64,000 bases of DNA, from the IMG/VR virus record IMGVR_UViG_3300026549_000040, positions 80,876 to 144,875 of that record; one strand, given 5' to 3'. The notes below the pieces were generated by a model. The model made no database searches. It was not told the origin of the DNA and was given only the letters and a program-made list of their open reading frames with translations. A program made the position numbers and the translations under genes. Source of the stretch: a virus (taxonomy: Duplodnaviria; Caudoviricetes). This document shows positions 1-9,119 of the stretch, piece after piece. How positions within the stretch are numbered: position 1 is the stretch's first letter; every line of letters begins with the position of its first letter.

Positions 1-174
1 TTAAAGCGTATTGTTCAGTTAGCAAAATATGATAGAATGCCTGGAGTATACAAGGTTATTAATGTTTCTTATAGAGAATATAAAGAAAAGTATAAAGAGT
101 ATGAAGTAGTACATGGTAGTTTTAAGAGAACTGATCATGGTAGCTATGTTGATATTATTATTTATAGGGGGTGA
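1..174 (+). CDS. Hypothetical protein, 5'-truncated by window edge
   Basis: Open frame from base 1 (LKRIVQLAKY...IIIYRG) to TGA at 172-174, overlapping the next start. Confidence 0.6.
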   Translation, partial: LKRIVQLAKYDRMPGVYKVINVSYREYKEKYKEYEVVHGSFKRTDHGSYVDIIIYRG

Positions 175-374
175 TTAATATGACAACCTTAACAGAAAGA
201 GCTAATATGCACATCTGCTGTATTTGTGGAAAAGAATATAATGGTCATGGTAATAATCCATACCCTATTGGTTGGGATATCTATTCAGAAGATGATAGAT
301 GTTGTGATGAATGTAATAGAAAATATGTTATACCAGCTAGAATTGCAGAATTGTACTCTGGGAAGAGGAGGTGA
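171..374 (+). CDS. Small Zn-binding phage protein
   Basis: CCICG...GNNPYP...RCCDECN cysteine pairs; true start may be ATG 180 or 208. Confidence 0.7.
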   Translation: MINMTTLTERANMHICCICGKEYNGHGNNPYPIGWDIYSEDDRCCDECNRKYVIPARIAELYSGKRR

Positions 375-943
375 TTTGTATGAGAGAGTTATTATTCTAT
401 CCGGCATTTAAAAGATCTGACAATGGCGAGTATATTCCACTAGTTTATAATTATAAAGGAAAACCTTCACAAATTTTTTGGAAGAGTCAGAGTTTTATTG
501 ATATAGATTATTTTATAGAGAAGTTTCCTATGGTAAAAAGAGAAAATCTTATAAACAGTGATTTTAAAGATTTAGTCTTTACACTTGATGATGATCGTAA
601 AGATGGTCCTTCATACGTGTATGAAATAACAGAAAAAGATCTTATTCAAGAATCTAAAGATATGGGCATAGTTTCTGGATATTGCCCAAAAGAAGAAGTT
701 AAACTGTATTACGAAGTTGATAATCCCCAAGAGTATCTATATTGGGAAATGAGTAAACCTATAAGGGCAGATTTTATAGCAGAGTTATCCGAAGAAGAAA
801 GAAGTAAGTATATGAAATTTTATACTGTAGATATGTATAGCTCAAGTTATGTATGTAATATATTGTATGAGACTCTAGATAGATTGGATATACCCTGGGA
901 TATAGATGGAGAATCATGTATACTAATTAACTATTCTTTTTAA
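371..943 (+). CDS. Hypothetical protein
   Basis: 190-aa ORF with GAGGAGG SD; probable start ATG 380. Confidence 0.75.
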   Translation: MICMRELLFYPAFKRSDNGEYIPLVYNYKGKPSQIFWKSQSFIDIDYFIEKFPMVKRENLINSDFKDLVFTLDDDRKDGPSYVYEITEKDLIQESKDMGIVSGYCPKEEVKLYYEVDNPQEYLYWEMSKPIRADFIAELSEEERSKYMKFYTVDMYSSSYVCNILYETLDRLDIPWDIDGESCILINYSF

Positions 944-950
944 GATAATG

Positions 951-979
951 TTTACATTATGCATAATGTAATATATAAT
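951..979 (+). promoter_or_regulatory. SigmaA-type promoter with overlapping 20-bp palindromic operator
   Basis: TTTACA (951-956), 17 nt, TATAAT (974-979); perfect palindrome TTACATTATGCATAATGTAA at 952-971. Confidence 0.75.
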
Positions 980-1022
980 AAATTTGTACTTAATAAAACT
1001 AATTGTTGAGAGGAGAAAAATT

Positions 1023-1376
1023 ATGACAAAGAAGGAACTTATTAATTCATCAGATTATGTAGTTGATAAGGCTGTTAAGATCGCTGGTACTAACTATGAC
1101 AGACGCAGAAAAGTTACAAAATCTATGAAGAGAAGAATGAATCAGATGTACGAAGCTGGTAAAAGTATTTATTCCATCTCAGAGCATTTTAATGTTTCTT
1201 ATGACTCTGTAAAGAGAGCTGTCAATAGTATGTTTAATGAAGCTGAAAAAGCAAGGAAAAGGGAAGTAAATAAGAAGCATGGCCCATATACGGATTACGA
1301 TCCATCAAATCTTTCTAACAGAGCTAACTATAAAAGACAGCTGCTTATGGAAAATAAGCGTTTAGTTATTTCATAA
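1023..1376 (+). CDS. Helix-turn-helix DNA-binding protein
   Basis: GAGGAG SD before ATG 1023; MYEAGKSIYSISEHFNVSYDSVKRAV is HTH-like; basic protein. Confidence 0.7.
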   Translation: MTKKELINSSDYVVDKAVKIAGTNYDRRRKVTKSMKRRMNQMYEAGKSIYSISEHFNVSYDSVKRAVNSMFNEAEKARKREVNKKHGPYTDYDPSNLSNRANYKRQLLMENKRLVIS

Positions 1377-1406
1377 TATAAAGGGATTATATATAATCCC
1401 TTTATA
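1377..1406 (+). terminator. Terminator-like hairpin (perfect 30-bp palindrome)
   Basis: TATAAAGGGATTATA|TATAATCCCTTTATA directly after the stop codon, followed by T-rich sequence. Confidence 0.6.
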
Positions 1407-1448
1407 CCTTTTATATTTAGATTAATGTGAGTATTTAGGAGGTATGGT

Positions 1449-1883
1449 ATGAACATTAACTATTATGCAGGGAAGATCATTTATTATATCAAGAGATTCG
1501 TAATTGTGGTTTTTAATATTAAAACTTATGAAACAGAAGTAGAAAGACTTAACAATCTGAGGAAGATAGATAAAGAAATGATGGAGCTGTATGAAGAGAC
1601 TATTTCATACTATTCCAGAGAGCTAAAAGAACTTGAGCATATTTGTAAAGAACCTTTATCTGTTGTAGAGGCTGTTGATAGAATAAAGCATAGTTCATAT
1701 GCACAAGGACGCAAAGATGCCTATTCACAAATGGGTATAAAAGCACTTAATGCAAGGGTAGATGGTAATACATTGTTAGTTGATGAAGAAGGAAAACTTA
1801 TAGAAGTAATCACAACACCAACACTTGAAGAAGTGTGTATGGATGAAGGAATTGATATTAATGAATTGGAGAATGTATCATAA
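1449..1883 (+). CDS. Hypothetical protein
   Basis: 144-aa ORF with AGGAGG SD. Confidence 0.75.
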   Translation: MNINYYAGKIIYYIKRFVIVVFNIKTYETEVERLNNLRKIDKEMMELYEETISYYSRELKELEHICKEPLSVVEAVDRIKHSSYAQGRKDAYSQMGIKALNARVDGNTLLVDEEGKLIEVITTPTLEEVCMDEGIDINELENVS

Positions 1884-2798
1884 ATGAAATTAGAAAATTT
1901 AGAAGTATTTAATTTTAAGGGTGCTTTTAGAGGCATGCGTAATCCTATGAATAGCTGGGATAGAAGTGACAGTTATTTTGGTTTGGCAAATTTTGATTAT
2001 GATAATCCGATATCTAAGCTATCAAATAAGTGGGTTGAAAATGAAAATAAAATAAGAGAAATAACAGGGAAGAATGTATTTGAAAAAGGTACAGAAAAAT
2101 ATTATGAAGTATGGTCAAAATATTATGATTGGTTAGAAGGATATAGTAAATTAAATGTAGATAGTTATACTACTGAACTTATATGTATTGGGCCTGAAGA
2201 TATGAAATTAGCTCAGAGGTTGATAAGATCTGGAAGTGAACATCGTAAATTTTTAAGACAGATTATTATTTGTTTTGATCTTGAAGCCCCATTATATTTC
2301 TGGAAAGAATTTGATACCTATAAAGTAGGTACAGCATCGAATTCTACTTCAACAATGCATAAATTAGCTTCTACACCAATAACATTAGATTGTTTTGAAA
2401 CAGATGATTATGAACCTAATTTAATCTATCTTACTGGTGTAGATGATAGTGGAGATAATATGTTTTCATATCAGTTGACAGTTAGAGATATTGTTGAATC
2501 TCAAGGTATGAATACATATGATGAACCTACAATTATTCAATTTCTTGAAGAACTTCGTGTAAAATATAATAAAACTAAATATAAAAAATATTGGAAAGAA
2601 CTAATAAGATGGTTACCTGAAAGTTGGTTACAGAAAAGAACTATAACTATGAATTATGAAACAGCTTTTAATATTATACATCAGAGAAAAAATCATAAAC
2701 TTTCAGAGTGGCACTATCTAATAGATAAATTTAAAGAACTATTACCATACGCTAATGAACTATTGTTTATTGAAGAACAGGATGTAAAACTGCCATAG
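1884..2798 (+). CDS. Divergent ThyX-like (flavin-dependent thymidylate synthase fold) protein
   Basis: HRKFLRQI...APLYFWKEFDTYKVGT.SNSTSTMHKL...LPESWLQKRTITMNY...QRKNHKLSEW, a pattern I recognise from phage ThyX-like proteins; canonical RHR motif absent. Confidence 0.6.
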   Translation: MKLENLEVFNFKGAFRGMRNPMNSWDRSDSYFGLANFDYDNPISKLSNKWVENENKIREITGKNVFEKGTEKYYEVWSKYYDWLEGYSKLNVDSYTTELICIGPEDMKLAQRLIRSGSEHRKFLRQIIICFDLEAPLYFWKEFDTYKVGTASNSTSTMHKLASTPITLDCFETDDYEPNLIYLTGVDDSGDNMFSYQLTVRDIVESQGMNTYDEPTIIQFLEELRVKYNKTKYKKYWKELIRWLPESWLQKRTITMNYETAFNIIHQRKNHKLSEWHYLIDKFKELLPYANELLFIEEQDVKLP

Positions 2799-2823
2799 GT
2801 ATTTATTAAGAGGATTTTTAATT

Positions 2824-3159
2824 ATGTTAGAAGATAGTCATGTGCAATTTATATCTTATACTGGTAAATATCCAAATCTTTGTAGTGGTATCTTAACTTT
2901 AAAAATTGATAATAAAGAAGTTTCTTTTGGCAAAGATTACTCATTACCAGATTCTGAAAATAAATCAAATTTTAATTCTTTTTGGTCTTCTGGTGGTGGG
3001 TGTAGTTTTAACGATGATTGGACAGAATCTTTCGTTAATCGTGATGAGTGGATTATTTATGAAGATGATCTTCCAGAAGAGTATCAGAAGTATGCAGAAG
3101 AGATTGAAGAAGTTTTTAATGAAAACGTGAAACATGGATGCTGTGGTGGATGTCTTTAA
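2824..3159 (+). CDS. Hypothetical protein with C-terminal CCGGC
   Basis: 111 aa; YPNLCSG...FWSSGGGC...HGCCGGCL. Confidence 0.75.
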   Translation: MLEDSHVQFISYTGKYPNLCSGILTLKIDNKEVSFGKDYSLPDSENKSNFNSFWSSGGGCSFNDDWTESFVNRDEWIIYEDDLPEEYQKYAEEIEEVFNENVKHGCCGGCL

Positions 3160-3172
3160 TTAGGAGGCACTT

Positions 3173-4366
3173 ATGATTATAAATGGTAAACGAGCTCTTG
3201 CTCACACTGAAAAAATTGAATGGATAAAACCTATAGAAGGTGCAGATAATATAGAGCTAGTAGGAATTCTTGGTTGGACTTGCATTGCAAAGATAGGTGA
3301 GTTCAAAGAAGGAGATACTTGTGTATATATTGAAATAGATTCTAAAGTACCTGAAAAAGAATGGTCTGAATTTCTTAGGGGAAAACATTTTAAAGTAAAG
3401 ACAATGAAACTTGGTAAATTTAAAGTTATTTCTCAAGGATTAGCTTTACCGATTGATTCTTTTGATGTAGAAATTCCTAATAAGATAGGTATTGATGTTA
3501 CAGATATTCTTGGTATTAAATATTCTGTAAAAGAGGATAATAGGAGAAAAGGGAAGGGTATTGATAAATATCAGTCTATGGCTCAACGTAGACCAGATAT
3601 ATTTAAACGTCCTTGGGCTCGCTGGGTGATGCGTAGAATGTGGGGAAAGAGAATTATGTTTTTCTTTTTTGGTAAGAAGAAAGATACCGATAGAAAGTTC
3701 CCTACAAAGTTTGAATATATTCATAAAACAGATCAAGAGCGGGTTGAAAATATGCCTTGGGTTCTTGAAGACAAAACTCCTTTTATTCGTACACAAAAAT
3801 GTGATGGGTCAAGTGCTACTTATATTCTTGAAAGAAAAGGTAGGGGGAAATATGAATTCTATGTGTGTTCAAGAAATGTAAGGATGATAGATGAGAAGTC
3901 AGAAAATTTCTTTGGTGAAGACAATCCATATTGGGAAATGGCGATAAAATATGATATCGAAAATAAACTTAAAGACTATTTAGAATGGTTCAAAACTGTT
4001 GATTATGTATGTTGGCAAGGGGAAATATGTGGACCTAAGATCCAAAAAAATCCTCATAAATTAAAAGAAAATCATTTATATCTGTTTCATATGATTGATA
4101 GCGAAATAGGTATGTTTGATATAAGAAAAGCTAAGTATTTTTGGGATAGATACTTTATGGAGTCTGTTCCTATTATGGAAGATGATTATATATTACCAGA
4201 TAGTCTTGAAGAGTTTAAGTTAAGTGCCGATGGGTATTATGACTCACAAGTATGCGAAGGAATAATGAATTGTAAAAGAGAGGGGTGGGTATACTATAAA
4301 ACAGATGATCCAACATTTAGCTTTAAGAATGTATCAAGAGAGTATTTATTGAAAAAGGGTGAGTAA
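3173..4366 (+). CDS. RNA ligase (DRB0094/Rnl2-like)
   Basis: N-terminal IEGADNIE module; KTDQER; nucleotidyltransferase motifs KCDGSS, QGEICG, REGWV, FKNVS. Confidence 0.85.
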   Translation: MIINGKRALAHTEKIEWIKPIEGADNIELVGILGWTCIAKIGEFKEGDTCVYIEIDSKVPEKEWSEFLRGKHFKVKTMKLGKFKVISQGLALPIDSFDVEIPNKIGIDVTDILGIKYSVKEDNRRKGKGIDKYQSMAQRRPDIFKRPWARWVMRRMWGKRIMFFFFGKKKDTDRKFPTKFEYIHKTDQERVENMPWVLEDKTPFIRTQKCDGSSATYILERKGRGKYEFYVCSRNVRMIDEKSENFFGEDNPYWEMAIKYDIENKLKDYLEWFKTVDYVCWQGEICGPKIQKNPHKLKENHLYLFHMIDSEIGMFDIRKAKYFWDRYFMESVPIMEDDYILPDSLEEFKLSADGYYDSQVCEGIMNCKREGWVYYKTDDPTFSFKNVSREYLLKKGE

Positions 4367-4512
4367 TGAAATATCAATTAGTATTTATATTTGGGTTATC
4401 TGTAGGATTTTTTATAAGCTCTTTACATGGTGCCAATAAAATAAATGATATACATGCAGGATATGGTCAAATATTAAAACATATATCTGAAAGGGATAAA
4501 GATGAAAACTAA
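4366..4512 (+). CDS. Small membrane protein (48 aa, not in ORF track)
   Basis: ATG overlaps the ligase stop (TAATG); MKYQLVFIFGLSVGFFISSLHG hydrophobic N-terminus. Confidence 0.5.
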   Translation: MKYQLVFIFGLSVGFFISSLHGANKINDIHAGYGQILKHISERDKDEN

Positions 4513-4861
4513 AGTATTTACAAAAAATAAAGATGGAAAGATTGAGTTCACAGAGTTAGAACTTAAAAGATTATTAGATGAAATTTATAATGATGGGTAT
4601 AATGATGGAAAGAAGAATTGTACTTATACATATACAACTCCATATAGATACCCATATACACCTTGGTATTATACTTATTGTAATAGTAATAATATAACAT
4701 CAGGTTCAAGTGCAGAGGGTTATACTCTTTCAACTGTAACTTCTTCTACTTGTAGTGATAATACAAAATGTAATTGTAGTGATAAGAAGAAAGATGATGA
4801 TAAATATACGTTTACATATACATTTGATAATACAAATAAGAAGAAGGGGAATAATAAATGA
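4502..4861 (+). CDS. Hypothetical protein
   Basis: 119 aa, Y/T/S-rich, coupled to neighbours. Confidence 0.7.
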   Translation: MKTKVFTKNKDGKIEFTELELKRLLDEIYNDGYNDGKKNCTYTYTTPYRYPYTPWYYTYCNSNNITSGSSAEGYTLSTVTSSTCSDNTKCNCSDKKKDDDKYTFTYTFDNTNKKKGNNK

Positions 4862-5262
4862 ATTTAAAAACATTGGTAGAAGAGGGTTATAGTATACTTA
4901 ATGGAAGAATAGTAGATTTTTCTATTGAAAGTACTGGAACAGCTCTTGTATCTAAAGTTATTATAGAAGGTGATAATTGGACATGTAACTTTGGTATCTA
5001 TGATTTACTAAGAAGTGATTTCGATGGTTTGGCTTTTATTAAAGGGCTGATGGATGTTCTAGAAACACCCAAGATTTCTGATCTTACAGGTAAGATAATA
5101 AGGTTAGCAGCTAAGCCCGATGAACAAGTTAAGATAATTGGTAACATCTTATATGATGTATGGCTTAATTGTGAGGACTATGAATCAAAAGAATCAGATT
5201 TAGAAGATACTGAAATTCAAGTTAATAATAATGAAGATGAGCTTATAGAGGAGGAAGAATAA
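4858..5262 (+). CDS. Hypothetical protein, acidic tail
   Basis: 134 aa; start codon overlaps the upstream stop. Confidence 0.75.
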   Translation: MNLKTLVEEGYSILNGRIVDFSIESTGTALVSKVIIEGDNWTCNFGIYDLLRSDFDGLAFIKGLMDVLETPKISDLTGKIIRLAAKPDEQVKIIGNILYDVWLNCEDYESKESDLEDTEIQVNNNEDELIEEEE

Positions 5263-5264
5263 GA

Positions 5265-6128
5265 ATGTTCTATCCAACAGATACTGGTGTACATCTTATT
5301 ATAGATGGTGATCATATTGAAACCATATCTAATACAGAAGATGTACCCGAACAATTTTGTACTGAGTGTATAAATTATATAGAAGATACCACAGAAAGTA
5401 AAGAAAAGCACTTTAATGTTCATTTTGATTGTACTTCCGGTGAGGAACTAAGCTTTGTACAGATTGGAGAATATGGATTTAATATTTGCATTTCTACAGA
5501 AGAAGAACCCTGTACTAAAGTTGTTTTAGATCTTCCTACAGAAAATAATTTTCCTCATAATTATATGTCACTTAGTAATAAGGAATTAGTAAAATGCTTA
5601 TTAGTAGAAGCTGTAGAAGATTTTGAAAGAGATTTCTCAAAATGGGTCAATATCTTGTGTGTAGATAAATCAAATAAAAAAGTAAGAGATGAAAAAGCTA
5701 TAGAATTACATAAACTATTGCTAAGAGCGAGGGCTGTAATTCAAGATTATGAAAGTAAAACTAAGGTAAATATTAAAACTTCCTCGGGTAATAATTATCC
5801 GATAAAAGATAGAGCTGCTTGGGAAAAAGTATTTTATACACTATTTGAACCAGAGTTTGATTCATATATGTATTATCAAGATATAGATAATCCAGATGCC
5901 AAATCATTCCTTACAGATAGAGGTGGATATGAAAATGATGTTTTTTTGATTAATCCATATTATTGGGGGGATGATGAAAAAATAGCTGGAGAACCTAATT
6001 TTATATATAAGCCTTCAGATCTAAAAATATATTGGTATAAATATCCTTTTAGAGGAGCTTATATGAATAAAGATATAAAGTTAGAAGAATTTATAAGGAT
6101 TCTTCAAAAGTGTAAGACTTCTATGTAG
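5265..6128 (+). CDS. Hypothetical protein
   Basis: 287 aa; GAGGAGG SD; C-terminal PYYWG..PNF..WYKYPFR segment. Confidence 0.75.
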   Translation: MFYPTDTGVHLIIDGDHIETISNTEDVPEQFCTECINYIEDTTESKEKHFNVHFDCTSGEELSFVQIGEYGFNICISTEEEPCTKVVLDLPTENNFPHNYMSLSNKELVKCLLVEAVEDFERDFSKWVNILCVDKSNKKVRDEKAIELHKLLLRARAVIQDYESKTKVNIKTSSGNNYPIKDRAAWEKVFYTLFEPEFDSYMYYQDIDNPDAKSFLTDRGGYENDVFLINPYYWGDDEKIAGEPNFIYKPSDLKIYWYKYPFRGAYMNKDIKLEEFIRILQKCKTSM

Positions 6129-6131
6129 TAG

Positions 6132-6165
6132 AAAAGGGTCTAGGTTATATCCTGGGCTCTTTTTT
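6132..6165 (+). terminator. Intrinsic terminator ending the early block
   Basis: AAAAGGGTCTAGG-TTATAT-CCTGGGCTCTTTT stem followed by a T run. Confidence 0.75.
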
Positions 6166-6181
6166 AGTATTAAAATAATAA

Positions 6182-6204
6182 AATTTAATGCTAAATTATT
6201 TATA
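6182..6204 (+). promoter_or_regulatory. Putative phage late-promoter motif, copy 1
   Basis: AATTTAATGCTAAATTATTTATA matches 21952-21974 at 21 of 23 nt; heads the structural operon. Confidence 0.6.
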
Positions 6205-6249
6205 TTAATAGGAATAGATCTACTTATTAAGGTGGTGAAATATTAAACA

Positions 6250-6645
6250 ATGAATAGTAAATATTATGTAGAAAAAGAAGGAAAATATTATTACATATAC
6301 GAATATGATAATTCTTCAGGAGAAAGTCATTTTGTAAAAGCCGTATCTTCAAAAGATGACTTAGCAGAGTTTGATCCTGAATTAGTTAAGATACAGGGAA
6401 GTTTAGAAAAAGAAAAACTAAAAGAAGCTATGAAGTCAAATAGAAGAATATGGAATCCAGATAGGCATTTAGATGAAGTTTGTAATCTGTATAGAAAATG
6501 GGCTGGCTGGGATGACGATGAAGTGATAACAGAAGAACATTTTAAAAATCAAGATTGGCGATTAAGAAAGATGAGTGCTTTAAAGAACACTCCTGTTAAT
6601 AAGATAAAAGAAGGATTATTAAATCAAAGGATTCAGAATAAATGA
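6250..6645 (+). CDS. Hypothetical late protein
   Basis: 131 aa, first gene after the motif; internal LKEA. Confidence 0.7.
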   Translation: MNSKYYVEKEGKYYYIYEYDNSSGESHFVKAVSSKDDLAEFDPELVKIQGSLEKEKLKEAMKSNRRIWNPDRHLDEVCNLYRKWAGWDDDEVITEEHFKNQDWRLRKMSALKNTPVNKIKEGLLNQRIQNK

Positions 6646-7745
6646 AAATTAGGAAAGTATTAAACGAAGCTACTATAGAACAAGCTGCTAAAGAATATGG
6701 CAGTGGAGTTAAAAAAGCTGCAAATGATATACAAGCAGGACAAGTAGTAGATGGTGAAGAGCCATTAGGTATGATGGGTAGAGAACTAGATGCTGCTCTT
6801 GCTGCTGCCAGAGAGGCTCAAGATTTTGGTGAAATTGGTGGTGTAAATGTATTATTTGTAGGCCGTGGTGGTACAGGTAAAACATATACTGTTAAAAAAT
6901 GGGCACAGCAAAGAGGTATCAATTTAGTAGAAAAAGATGCTAAAACTATGGACCCTTCAGATTTAGGTGGTGTTGTTGCCAGAAGATATGATGATGAAGG
7001 TAATGCTACTAATACTGTTACAAAACTTTCTAATACAGAATTCGATGAATTAGATAAACCTAATTCTGTATTATTCTTAGATGAGTTAAACAGAGCAAGA
7101 AAAGATGTTGCTGGTGCATTATTAACTTTAATTAATGACCATGTTATTAATGACCAGACTCAACCTTCTGGCAAGAGATTATTAAAAGGATTCTTATTTA
7201 CTATTGCTGCTATTAACCCGAATAAATCAGGTAATGAAGTAAATAGTTTAGATAATCCTATGAGATCAAGATTTAAGACAGTTGATGTTGAATCTAATCC
7301 GCAGGAAAGTATTGAACACTTTGAGTATAAGTTTGGTAAACAGATTGAAAAACTGAAAGCTATGGGTAAGCCAGAAAGAATACCTGTTGTTCAAGGTAGA
7401 TTAGAGCTTGCTAAGAAATTATTATCAGATCCAAGATTTGAATTTGATGGTGATGAAGAAGAAGAAATCGCACAGGATGAAGGACTTCCAGTACTCAATC
7501 CAAGATCTTTCTCAAGATTATTAACTGCTACAAATGGTACTAAAGAATCTTTATTAGCTAACTGGAGTGGTTTCTGTAATCCAGAAAAGTATAATGTTGT
7601 AGAAGATATATTATCAGATTATGTTGATGTAGATGATAAGGCTAATGATGCTTTAAAATTTGATGGGGATAATCCATTTGCAAAAGCTAAAGCTCAACAA
7701 AGAGCACAAAAGAGTATTTACGATCAAATAGCTGATCTCATTTAG
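6642..7745 (+). CDS. MoxR/AAA_5-clade AAA+ ATPase
   Basis: Walker A GRGGTGKT, Walker B VLFLDELNRA, sensor-1 AAINP, Arg finger LDNPMRSRF, sensor-2 NPRS. Confidence 0.9.
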   Translation: MKIRKVLNEATIEQAAKEYGSGVKKAANDIQAGQVVDGEEPLGMMGRELDAALAAAREAQDFGEIGGVNVLFVGRGGTGKTYTVKKWAQQRGINLVEKDAKTMDPSDLGGVVARRYDDEGNATNTVTKLSNTEFDELDKPNSVLFLDELNRARKDVAGALLTLINDHVINDQTQPSGKRLLKGFLFTIAAINPNKSGNEVNSLDNPMRSRFKTVDVESNPQESIEHFEYKFGKQIEKLKAMGKPERIPVVQGRLELAKKLLSDPRFEFDGDEEEEIAQDEGLPVLNPRSFSRLLTATNGTKESLLANWSGFCNPEKYNVVEDILSDYVDVDDKANDALKFDGDNPFAKAKAQQRAQKSIYDQIADLI

Positions 7746-7759
7746 TGGGGTGATTTAAT

Positions 7760-8488
7760 ATGGCTATGACAAAAGAAGAAAAAATCGCTAAGAACTATTT
7801 GATGAGAGTATTGGCTACAGATGGTTATTCTACATACGCTAAGATATTTAGTAAGTTTGATTTTAATTTTACCAGTGATCCTGATGTTGTAGCCTATTTA
7901 GATCCAGCCAGAGGCGTTATTGTAGCTAATAGAGGCTTAGATGAGTTTCAAATAAGTGTAATAATAAGACATGAAATATTACACGATTATTTAAAACATG
8001 AGAAAAGGTTACTGACAAAGTTAGCAGTTGAGCATGGTTTAGATCCAGATGATTTAGATGATATTGCTATAAGAGATTTAAAGAATGAACTCTATGGTAA
8101 TAAAGATTTTAATATTGCTGGTGACTATGAGATTTCTAATAAGGGCTATACTGACAAAGATAAGAAAACAATTAGAAATATTATTCTAAATGGTAGAACA
8201 TTATCTGGATTAGTTACAGAAGATGACCATCCTGAATGGACAGAGCTATCCATAGAAGAAATGTTCGATGAGTTAAGAAAAGAGAAGCAAAAGATGAAGC
8301 CAGACGAGGACGTGATCATAGGTGTGTTACTTCCTCTTAAATCTGCATTAGATAGTGTTATACAAACTGGTGGTTGTGATATCTTCGTAGGTGTTGATGG
8401 TGTTATGTATTCTTCACAGTCTGTAGTAGACTATGCTAAACAGAATGGAATAGGAAATATTATTAGACAGAATGGAGGAACTAAATGA
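7760..8488 (+). CDS. HExxH metallopeptidase-like protein (DUF2201 N-terminal type)
   Basis: RHEILHDYLKH plus FNIAGDYEIS; adjacent to a MoxR-type ATPase. Confidence 0.8.
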   Translation: MAMTKEEKIAKNYLMRVLATDGYSTYAKIFSKFDFNFTSDPDVVAYLDPARGVIVANRGLDEFQISVIIRHEILHDYLKHEKRLLTKLAVEHGLDPDDLDDIAIRDLKNELYGNKDFNIAGDYEISNKGYTDKDKKTIRNIILNGRTLSGLVTEDDHPEWTELSIEEMFDELRKEKQKMKPDEDVIIGVLLPLKSALDSVIQTGGCDIFVGVDGVMYSSQSVVDYAKQNGIGNIIRQNGGTK

Positions 8489-9117
8489 AAAAAAATGTAT
8501 TACTAGAGGCTCCTTCAAAACCTCCTGTCCATATTCATCATGGTTCACTAAAAGATTTAAAAACTTTCTTAGACAAAGATGGTAATCCTTATGACTTAAA
8601 AGTATCTTCTATGAATCCTATGGATCAAGGTTCTGGTGATGGAACTGAAAGTTCTTCAGGACAAAATAATAATCAACAGGGTAACCAAGGTAATTCACAA
8701 AGTAGTAGACAAGGTGGTTCCAGTGGTGGTCAACAAGGTAACCAATCTGGTAATCAAGGTAATCAGAGTGGTACACAGAATGGACAATCTGGTAGTCAAG
8801 GTCAACAAGGTGACCAAGGACAACAAGGTGCTCAAGGTCAACAAGGAAATCAAGGTCGACAAGGTGGTCAGCAAGGTGATCAAGGAGATGGCCAAGGCAA
8901 TCAAGGAGATAGTCAAGATAACCAACAAGGTGGACAACAAAGTAGTCAAGGTGGTAACCAACAAGATAATCAAGGTAACGGTCAACAAAGTAATCAACAG
9001 TCTAACAACGAAGATAAGTTTAAAGTCCCAGAAAAAGGTCAGATGTTTAGGGATATAAATACAGGAAAGACTTATGAATGGGACGGTTCTAAGTTTGTTG
9101 GAACAAGAGGAGTTTAA
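8485..9117 (+). CDS. Q/G/N-rich low-complexity linker protein with short ordered termini
   Basis: About 120 aa of QQG(N/D)QG-type repeats between two short non-repetitive segments; GGAGG SD. Confidence 0.8.
   Translation: MKKNVLLEAPSKPPVHIHHGSLKDLKTFLDKDGNPYDLKVSSMNPMDQGSGDGTESSSGQNNNQQGNQGNSQSSRQGGSSGGQQGNQSGNQGNQSGTQNGQSGSQGQQGDQGQQGAQGQQGNQGRQGGQQGDQGDGQGNQGDSQDNQQGGQQSSQGGNQQDNQGNGQQSNQQSNNEDKFKVPEKGQMFRDINTGKTYEWDGSKFVGTRGV
8640..9005 (+). repeat. Imperfect CAAGGT/CAACAAGG coding repeat
   Basis: Many copies of caaggt/caagga encoding Gln-Gly. Confidence 0.8.
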
Positions 9118-9119
9118 TT

